From NCBI GenBank assembly GCA_019235715.1, contig JAFAKE010000039.1:4677-68676 (forward strand): a stretch of 64,000 nt of DNA, given 5' to 3'. The stretch is from Vulcanimicrobiota bacterium (GTDB lineage: Bacteria > Vulcanimicrobiota > Vulcanimicrobiia > Eremiobacterales > Eremiobacteraceae). Positions 17,222-25,200 of the stretch are shown one piece after another (the stretch's first letter is position 1; every line of letters begins with the position of its first letter). The notes beneath the pieces were generated by a model, which searched no databases, had not been told where the DNA came from, and saw only the letters and a program-made list of their open reading frames with translations. The position numbers and the translations under genes are program-made.

Positions 17222-19123
17222 TCACGCGAACATGCCCGAGGCCGTGCGATGGGCGAGCGCCATAATCGTGAGCATCGGATTGACGCCCGAAGCCAGCGGA
17301 AAGACGGATCCGTCAGCGATATACAGACCATTCGTCCCGTGCACCGCCCCGCGCTCGTCCACGATGCCGTTGCTCGGATCGCGATTCATGCGGCACGTCC
17401 CCATCTGGTGCGCCGAATAGACCGCTAACGCGTTCGGCGCGCTGCCCATCGAGAGGACCTCGTCGGCGAACGCACGGCGCCGTTCGGGCGTCGCGTCTTC
17501 GCGGCGCAGCTCCATGATGCGCTGGTGCAAGGTCACGACCTTGCGCGCGCCTCCGGCAAAGGCGATCTCGATGCAGCCATTCAGTCCCCTCAGCATGTGG
17601 TCCGCATCGTATTCGGAGATCTGGTAGCGCACGCTGGCCCGATCGTCCAGCCCGACCGAGCCTTCGTCGCGATCGCGCGTGAGCGAGATGAAGGCCGCGG
17701 CGTGCGCGGAGTCTGCCATCGCCGCGCGATGCTGTTCGCGCGAACGCCATGGCAGCGAGAACGCGGCCAGTCCGGGATGTGCGGGCGCAACTTCGATCTT
17801 CGCGCCGTAGGCATCGTCAAGTGCTCCGAACTGATCGCAGAACGCCGTCTGCATGGCCCCGGTGAAGGTGTCTATGCGCTTGTCGTAAGCGGCGAAGAGC
17901 GCCGTCGTCGGATGCAACTTGAGATGGCGGCCGGCGTGCTGGCCGGCTGCTCCGCTGCGCGCGAGGATGCCCGGCGTGCGCAACGCCCCGGCGGCAAGCA
18001 CGACGAGCGGCGCGTGGACGATCAACTCTCTTCCTTTATAAGTAGCGCTGACGCCCGCTGCCGACGCTCGCTCGAGCAACACTCGATTCACGCTCGCATC
18101 GGCAATGACGGTCGCACCCGCGGCGACGGCATCGCGCAGATAGGTCGTCGCGGTTGAACGCTTCGCTCCGTACGCGCAGCCGAATCCGCAATACCCGCAG
18201 CCCTCTCCGCAGCCGACGCTGTTCTTGGGGTTGGACGCGTAGTGCCAGCCGAGCGCGCGTGCACCGCGCACGAGCGCAGCGTTGTTGGCATTGTGCTCGT
18301 CAGTTGAGACAAGGCCGAGCCGCTGACTCACCGCATCGAAGTGGGGCGCGAGAGACGCGCTGAAGTCGATGCCGCCCGCCGCGGACTTCCACTGCGCGGC
18401 GACCGCGTCAGACAAGCGCAGCGACGTGCACCAGTTGACGGTCGTGCCGCCGCCCACACATGCGCCTGCAAGCAGCACGACGCCAAGATCGTCCGTGGCG
18501 GCGAGCGCATGGTCGAGATAGAAGCGCGACATGGAGTCGGCTTCGAGCTGCGTGAAGTCGGCGCGCTCGGCGCGCGGCCCTGCTTCGAGCACGATGACAC
18601 GCTTCCCGGCGGCGGCGAGCAGCGCTGCCGCAACACCACCGCCTGCGCCCGAGCCAACGACGACCGCATCGGCGCGCAGCTCGCTCTCGCGGGGTTCGCC
18701 GATCGGCAGCGGTTCGTCCGGCGCCGGCCGATCGGAACGCGGGCCAGGGTAGCCGACAGAGGCCCACAGCGGATTTGCATTCTGCGCGTCGACTGCCGAA
18801 TACGCGGCCGACGTGCACAGGCGCTTGAACACTTGAAAACCGGTGCGCATCTGCGCGATGAAGCTGTCGCCCATCGTCACGAGCAGCCGCGTGCGGCGCT
18901 CTTGATCCAGTCCGGAGAATGGCGCGAACCGGCCGCACATGACGAGACAGAAGACGGGGGATTCGAGCAGGCGGAGAAGGCTGATCAGCTGTTCGCGCTT
19001 GTGAGCCGGCAATAGTTCGAGCGCGCGAACGACTTGTGCGGTCGCACTATCGAGATCGCAGCCCTCGGGGGCAAACGTCGACTCGAGCAGCCGTAACGTG
19101 GTCAGCTCGGGAGCGGCGAGCAT
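17222..19123 (-). CDS. GMC family FAD-dependent oxidoreductase with a ~150-aa N-terminal extension
   Basis: FAD motif AVVVGSGAGGGVAAALLAAAGKRVIVLEAG and GMC C-terminus DGSVFPLASGVNPMLTIMALA. I start it at ATG 19123 because the rest of ORF 17222..20389 is antisense to the proline dehydrogenase gene. Confidence 0.85.
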   Translation of the reverse strand: MLAAPELTTLRLLESTFAPEGCDLDSATAQVVRALELLPAHKREQLISLLRLLESPVFCLVMCGRFAPFSGLDQERRTRLLVTMGDSFIAQMRTGFQVFKRLCTSAAYSAVDAQNANPLWASVGYPGPRSDRPAPDEPLPIGEPRESELRADAVVVGSGAGGGVAAALLAAAGKRVIVLEAGPRAERADFTQLEADSMSRFYLDHALAATDDLGVVLLAGACVGGGTTVNWCTSLRLSDAVAAQWKSAAGGIDFSASLAPHFDAVSQRLGLVSTDEHNANNAALVRGARALGWHYASNPKNSVGCGEGCGYCGFGCAYGAKRSTATTYLRDAVAAGATVIADASVNRVLLERASAAGVSATYKGRELIVHAPLVVLAAGALRTPGILARSGAAGQHAGRHLKLHPTTALFAAYDKRIDTFTGAMQTAFCDQFGALDDAYGAKIEVAPAHPGLAAFSLPWRSREQHRAAMADSAHAAAFISLTRDRDEGSVGLDDRASVRYQISEYDADHMLRGLNGCIEIAFAGGARKVVTLHQRIMELRREDATPERRRAFADEVLSMGSAPNALAVYSAHQMGTCRMNRDPSNGIVDERGAVHGTNGLYIADGSVFPLASGVNPMLTIMALAHRTASGMFA

Positions 19124-19180
19124 GCAGCACCCTGCGTCGCCGCACGGGCGACTCCTGCCGGAGGCGCGCGCGCGGCGCGC

Positions 19181-20089
19181 GTGGTACCCCTCCAGCCCAT
19201 GGCGACCTTCGCGGACGTGCTCAACCGGCGGCCCGGACTGCAACGGCGTTTGTTCTTCCTCGCGCGCCGCTTCGTCGCGGGTGAGACCGTTGACACGGCC
19301 CTCGAAGCGGTCGACGCGCTCAACGCCGACGGTTTGTCCGCATCGTTGGATTTTCTCGGTGAAGACGTGCACTCGCAGGCTGAGGCGGCGCATACGACTC
19401 AGACATACCTGACGATGATCGAGCGCATCGTCGCTGCGCGCGCCGACTGCAACGTCTCGGTGAAGCTCAGCGCGATCGGCCAAGCGATATCCGAAGATCT
19501 CGCGCTCGAGAATCTTGTGCGCATTGCCGAGCGCGCGCAGGCGTGCGGCATGTTCGTGCGGCTCGACATGGAAGGCTCGGGCAGCGTCGATTCGACGTAC
19601 CGCATCCTCGAGCGCGCGAGCTCGTCCTACCGCGATATCGGTCCAGTCGTGCAAGCCTACTTGCGGCGCGCACCCGCAGACGTCGAGCGCGCGATCGATC
19701 GCGGCTGGCGCGTCCGTTTGTGCAAAGGCGCGTACAAAGAGCCGGCCGAGGTCGCGCTGCAGCCGATGCCCGAGATCCGCGATCAGTTCCTGGAACTCGC
19801 GCGCGCGCTGCTCGTGCGCGGCACGTATCCGGCTATTGCGACGCACGACGAGCGCATCATCTCCGCCGTGCAAAACTTCGCGCGCGACAAAGAGATCGGA
19901 CAGGACGACTTCGAGTTCCAGATGCTCTACGGCATTCGTCCGGAGCGCCAGCGAGAATTGCGCCACGAAGGATACCGCGTGCGCATCTACGTGCCGTTCG
20001 GCACGCACTGGGCCGCGTATTTCTACCGCCGCATGGCCGAACGCAAGGAGAACGTGTTCTTCGTCGTGCGCAGCATTTTCAGCCGATGA
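19181..20089 (+). CDS. proline dehydrogenase (monofunctional PutA-like)
   Basis: RRFVAGETVDTALEAV...LDFLGEDV, VSVKLSAIG, RLCKGAY and IATHDE...FEFQMLYGIRP match the PRODH TIM-barrel family. An alternative ATG start lies at 19199. Confidence 0.85.
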   Translation: MVPLQPMATFADVLNRRPGLQRRLFFLARRFVAGETVDTALEAVDALNADGLSASLDFLGEDVHSQAEAAHTTQTYLTMIERIVAARADCNVSVKLSAIGQAISEDLALENLVRIAERAQACGMFVRLDMEGSGSVDSTYRILERASSSYRDIGPVVQAYLRRAPADVERAIDRGWRVRLCKGAYKEPAEVALQPMPEIRDQFLELARALLVRGTYPAIATHDERIISAVQNFARDKEIGQDDFEFQMLYGIRPERQRELRHEGYRVRIYVPFGTHWAAYFYRRMAERKENVFFVVRSIFSR

Positions 20090-20105
20090 ACTGGAGCGCA
20101 GGCCG

Positions 20106-20690
20106 ATGAGCTTCGATTTCGGCACGGTGTACGTGCGCGACACACCGCTCGGCGAAGTCGTGCGCGCGCTGGACGAGCTCATGGCCGAGTCCGCGCATCT
20201 GCCGACGCGCGAGCGCGGGCTCGAGCCCACGCCCGATGCGGTGACATCGGCCAAGCGCATCCGCAGTTTCGCACTGCTGCCGCTCGAGGATGATTGGACA
20301 ACGGTCATCGAGGATGGCCACGCTCGAGATGACGGCGGCGTCGCCGAAGGCTTATCCGACATCCTGCAGACGGAAACGCTTGCGTTCACCTACAGCGACG
20401 TCGAGGGCGAGTGGACGTTCACGCGCTATTGGGAAGGCCAGCCGCTGGAAGCCGGCGGCGCGGACGATGAAGATTTTGACGTGAGCGCGCGCGAGTTCAT
20501 CGACTCGCAGTCGCTGCCGCATTTCGGCGTCTATTACGAAGAAGTCGCCGCTGCGGCCGACGGCGACGCGCCGTCGCTCTCGGGCTCGCTTGAGGTCGTC
20601 GGCGACATCCGCCCGCGCGTGCCGATGGGCACCGAAGTCGTGACGTACGTGCGCAACGCGCCGGTACGCATCGAGGAGCCGACGGCGTAG
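20106..20690 (+). CDS. acidic hypothetical protein (194 aa)
   Basis: ATG at 20106 lies 16 nt after the PRODH stop, with GGAG upstream. GC3-rich. No family recognised. Confidence 0.6.
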   Translation: MSFDFGTVYVRDTPLGEVVRALDELMAESAHLPTRERGLEPTPDAVTSAKRIRSFALLPLEDDWTTVIEDGHARDDGGVAEGLSDILQTETLAFTYSDVEGEWTFTRYWEGQPLEAGGADDEDFDVSAREFIDSQSLPHFGVYYEEVAAAADGDAPSLSGSLEVVGDIRPRVPMGTEVVTYVRNAPVRIEEPTA

Positions 20691-20709
20691 GAGCGCGCCG
20701 CCGCGCTCC
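20690..20709 (+). other. GC-rich hairpin without U-tract between the hypothetical gene and fumC
   Basis: ggagcgcg-ccgc-cgcgctcc forms an 8-bp stem beginning at the last base of the stop codon. Confidence 0.3.
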
Positions 20710-20775
20710 ACAGCGACGTATGTCGAAGGCGGCGCGAGGGCCGCGCCGATGCGATCGCCGAACACGAGGCATGCT

Positions 20776-22200
20776 ATGAAGACGAACAATGAGACGCAAC
20801 CGACTCGCACCGAGAAAGACTCGATGGGCGAGATGCAAGTGCCGGCATCCGCGTTGTACGGCGCGAGCACGCAACGCGCGGCGCTGAACTTCCCGATCAG
20901 CTCGCTGCGCTACCCGCGCCGCTTCATCAAAGCGCTCGGACAGGTCAAGCTGGCGGCAGCCGAGACGAATGCCGAGCTTGGTCTCATCGATAAAGACATC
21001 GCCGCAGCGGTCGTCAAGGCCGCACAAGAAGTCGTCGACGGCGCACACGACTCGCACTTCGTCGTCGACACGTTCCAGACGGGCTCGGGAACGTCGACCA
21101 ACATGAACGCCAACGAAGTGATCGCGAACCGCGCCCGCCGCCTGATCGGCGAGAGTGGAAAGAAGATCCACCCCAACGATCACGTCAATTTCGGACAATC
21201 GAGCAACGACGTGATTCCGACCGCGACGTACATCGCCGCGGCGAGCGCGATCAAAGAAGACCTGCTGCCGGCGCTTGCGGTGCTGCAAGCGTCGCTGGAG
21301 AAGAAATCCAAAGAGTTCTGGCACATCGTCAAGACCGGGCGTACACATCTGCAGGACGCGACGCCGATACGGCTCGGCCAGGAATTCCTCGGCTATGCAG
21401 GCCAGATCGAGCGCGGCATCGCGCGCGCAAAGCAAGCGCAGCACGAGATGAGCGAGGTCGCGCTTGGCGGCACAGCCGTGGGGACGGGCATCAACACGCA
21501 TCCGGATTTCGCCAAACGCACCGCCGCCAAACTGGCGAAGATGACCGGCTTGGACGTGCACGAGACGAGCAACCATTTCCAGGCGCAGTCGTCACTGGAT
21601 AACGCCGTCGCCGCGAGCGGCGCACTCAAGACCATTGCGGTCTCGCTCACGAAGATCGCCAATGACGTGCGCTGGCTTGCCTCCGGTCCGCGCGCGGGCA
21701 TCGGCGAGCTCGAACTGCCGGCCGTGCAGCCCGGCTCCTCGATCATGCCGGGCAAGGTCAACCCGGTCATCGCTGAGTCAGTCCTGATGGTGTGCGTACA
21801 GGTGATCGGCAACGACGCGGCCATCACGGTTGGCGGGCAGAGCGGCAATTTCGAGATCAATCTGACCATGCCGATCGTGGCGTACGATCTGCTCCAGTCG
21901 ATCGAGCTGCTCGCCAACGCATCGCTGAACTTCGCCCGCCAAGCGATCGACGGACTCAAGGCCACCAACAAGGGGCCGGAAATGGTGGAGCGCGGTCTCG
22001 CCATCGGTACCAGCCTCGCGCCGATCATCGGCTATGACGCGGCGGCCGCCATCGTCAAAGAGGCGGCGGCAACGGGCAAGACCATTCGCGAAGTTGCGCG
22101 CGAGCGCACCAAGCTGTCGGAGCAAGAGCTGGCGACCGTGCTCGACCCGGCGCTGATGGTCGAGCCGAGCGCGGATCGCGTCGGCGCAGGCGGCGGTTAG
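20776..22200 (+). CDS. fumC: class II fumarate hydratase
   Basis: EKDSMGEMQVPASALYGASTQRA, FQTGSGTSTNMNANEV and the GSSIMPGKVNP signature. QTGSGT favours FumC over AspA. Confidence 0.93.
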   Translation: MKTNNETQPTRTEKDSMGEMQVPASALYGASTQRAALNFPISSLRYPRRFIKALGQVKLAAAETNAELGLIDKDIAAAVVKAAQEVVDGAHDSHFVVDTFQTGSGTSTNMNANEVIANRARRLIGESGKKIHPNDHVNFGQSSNDVIPTATYIAAASAIKEDLLPALAVLQASLEKKSKEFWHIVKTGRTHLQDATPIRLGQEFLGYAGQIERGIARAKQAQHEMSEVALGGTAVGTGINTHPDFAKRTAAKLAKMTGLDVHETSNHFQAQSSLDNAVAASGALKTIAVSLTKIANDVRWLASGPRAGIGELELPAVQPGSSIMPGKVNPVIAESVLMVCVQVIGNDAAITVGGQSGNFEINLTMPIVAYDLLQSIELLANASLNFARQAIDGLKATNKGPEMVERGLAIGTSLAPIIGYDAAAAIVKEAAATGKTIREVARERTKLSEQELATVLDPALMVEPSADRVGAGGG

Positions 22201-22218
22201 CCCACTCTAAAATTCTCG

Positions 22219-22247
22219 TTGACGCCGCTAGCGAAGCGCGCTATTGT
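22219..22247 (+). promoter_or_regulatory. sigma70-like promoter candidate upstream of the A2M gene
   Basis: TTGACG (22219-22224), 17-nt spacer, TATTGT (22242-22247). The -10 is flanked by two copies of the palindrome AGCGCGCT (22235-22242 and 22251-22258). Confidence 0.4.
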
Positions 22248-22275
22248 AGGAGCGCGCTAGTTAAGCGCCGACAAT

Positions 22276-25200
22276 TTGGAGCGGGCGGTGGTCTCGTCCA
22301 TGACAGACACATATGGATGGCGGCGGTGTCTCATCGCCGTCTTTCTCGTCGCGTTGGCCGGATGCACGAAGCCCGGAGCGGCACCGCTGCCGGCGGTCTC
22401 GCCGCTGCCCAATCCAAAAGTGCCGGCCTGGATCGAGCAGATCAGCCCGACCGGCCAGGCGGATAACCTCGCGCAGATCCGCGTCCGCTTCGCCTACCCG
22501 CTCATTCCCGTTGAGGCGATCGAGACGCAGTCTCAGCAAAGCAAGCTGACCTATTTCACCACGACGCCTGCATTGGCCGGGCATTTCCGTTTCTTGACGC
22601 CCCGCATGGTCGGATTCCAAGCGGATCGCGCATTGCCGAAGGCGACGCGCATCCGAGTCACGATTCGCGCGGGGTTGACGGATCTGCAAGACAACGTACT
22701 GGCCAGCGACGTGTCGTGGACGTTCACGACGCAAGCGATCGAGCTCGGCAACCTTCCCAAGATCACCGAAGAGTCAAGCCCGTTGAGTCCGGAGCCTACC
22801 TTCGAGATCAGTTCGAACACGGAACTCGATGCTGCGTCGCTTGCGAACGCCGGCCGCATCGTCGCCAAAGATGGGACGAGCACGCCCGTCTATGCCAAGC
22901 TCGAGAAGCAGACGACGCCCGGACCATACGACGACCAATCGTACGAGCAGTTCGACCCCTCTGCCAAACCGTGGATCTATAATATTTCGCTCGCGCCGCC
23001 GCATGCGCTAAAGAATGGCGAGCGCTATCAGCTTGCGTTCAGTCCCGGCGTCATGCCCGCGCACGGCAATCTGGCGAGCACCGACGCGTTTTCGGGCACG
23101 TTCGAGGTGTACGGGCCGCTCGCGCTCGTGAAACTCGGCCCTGCGGGCGATTATACGGGGCGCTTTTCCGGCCCGCCCCAGCAGCTCGAGTTCTCCAACC
23201 CGCTCGTCGCAGATTCGATCGGCAAGAACATCACGATCAGCCCGGCGCCGAAAGGCGTGCAGGTCTTCGCGGGCGACGACGGCAGCCGCTTTGTCTCGAT
23301 CGATGAGGCCGCACTCGACCCGGCCACGACGTACACGATCTCGATCGCCACGGGATTGAAGGATACGTTCGGCCAGACGTTCGGCACCGCGAAGAGCGTC
23401 ACGATGCGAACCGGCAACCTGACGCCGGCGGTGTGGGCGCCGAGCGGCCTGTTCATCTTCCCTGCAGACGACAATCTGCAGCTCGATCTTTGGGCGGTCA
23501 ACGTACCGTCGAAAACCGTAGAGCAGTCGTTCCGCACGCTGACGCCCGCACAGCTCGTCTACGCCGATCCCGCCGGCGACATCTCAACGTTGCTTGACGA
23601 CTGGAAGACCATACCGGCGGCGTCCTCAGCCAACCAATCCCTGCACTTTCCGGTTCCGCTGCGCGCAAAGCTTGGCGCGCGCACCGGCGTGCTCGCCTAC
23701 GGCATCCGGCGCCCGGACGCGTCTTCCGACGAAAACGGGGCCCGCGTAGAAGGCGTGGTCGCGCTTACGAATCTCGGCATTTTCGCCCAATGGTTCCCGC
23801 AGTCAGGACTCATCCAGGTCAATCATCTCTCTGACGGTTCGCCGGCTGCCGGCGCCGCCGTCGAGATCTGGCCTTCGCGTTTGGACGATAACCGCAACCT
23901 GCCGGTGACCGCATGCGCAACGGGGCACACCAACGCCGCAGGGACGGCGACGTTCGACGCCGCCGCGCTGGCGCCGTGCATGGGCGGCAAGTCGTTATTC
24001 AGCGACGCGCCGGCTCTGCTGACGATCGCGCGCGAAGGCAGCGATTGGGCGTTCGTGCGCACGCTCGATTACAGCGGTGCGTACGATTACGACATGAACG
24101 CCGACTGGACGCCCGATGCACAGTCGCGCGGCACGATATTCCCGGACCGCATGCTCTATCAGCCCGGCGAAACCGCACAATTCACAGGCGAAGCGTACTA
24201 TCTCGCGGCCGGACGCCTTGCGCGCGACGCCGGCGCGCCGTATAAGATCGCGCTTATCGATCCTAACGGCGATGCATCGAGCGCCGGCACGGTGACGACA
24301 GATCCGTACGGTGCATTCTCGCTGCAGATCAAGTTCAGGCCGAATCAGCCGCTCGGTTACTACACGATCGAAGCGACGGGCCGCAACGGCGTGAAGATCG
24401 ACGGCACGTTCCGCGTCGCCGAATTCAAGCCGCCGAATTTCAAAGTCGAGCTGAGCACGGACAAACAATTCGCGCATCCGGGCGAATCGGTGGCGGCCAG
24501 CGCGAAAAGCACGTACTTGTTCGGCGCGCCGGTGCAAGGCGGAAAATACAAGTTCTATGTGACCCGCCAGCAGTCGCAGTTCCAGCCGCCGGGTTGGGAT
24601 GAGTACTCGTTCGGCCGTCAGTGGTTGTGGCCCGAACAACCGCCGGCGGTGAGCAGCGACGTCGCGCAAGCCGATGGCGTGCTCCCGGCAGACGGCTCAT
24701 CGAACCTCACCTTCAAGATCGGCGACGATCTGCCGTATCCGATGGCGTACCGCGTCGACATGGAGACGACGGATGCGTCGAATCTTTCCGTCGCCGATTC
24801 GAAGACGATCACCGCGTTGCCCGGCGACTCGCTGATCGGTCTCACGGGCGATTTCGTCGCGCAGACAAACGTCGCGTATCCCGTCAAAGTGATCGTCACC
24901 GATGCGCAAGGCAAGGCGAAAGACGGGCAGCACATCCATCTCGAGCTGCAAGCCGTCAAATACAGCAGCGTGACGCAGCTCGTGGAGGGCTCCAGTGCGG
25001 ATCGCTGGCAAGTGCAGTACTCGACGGTCGCACAAGCCGACGTCACATCCGGCAACGACGCCGTTACGGCGTCGCTCACGCCCGAGAAGTCCGGCGTCTA
25101 CCGCATTCGCGCGAACTTTGCCGGTTCGAACAACGAAGCGACCGCGACGGATCTCCAAGTGTGGGCTGCCGGTTCGGACATCGTCGAGTGGGGAAACGAA

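Noticed and set aside
19124-20389. The upstream 422 codons of the 1055-aa ORF 17222..20389 would make a giant fusion protein.
   Set aside because: This part lies antisense to the well-supported proline dehydrogenase and the following gene. It is Arg/Ala-rich with no recognisable motifs, as expected for a high-GC shadow ORF. The GMC domain has a sensible ATG at 19123.
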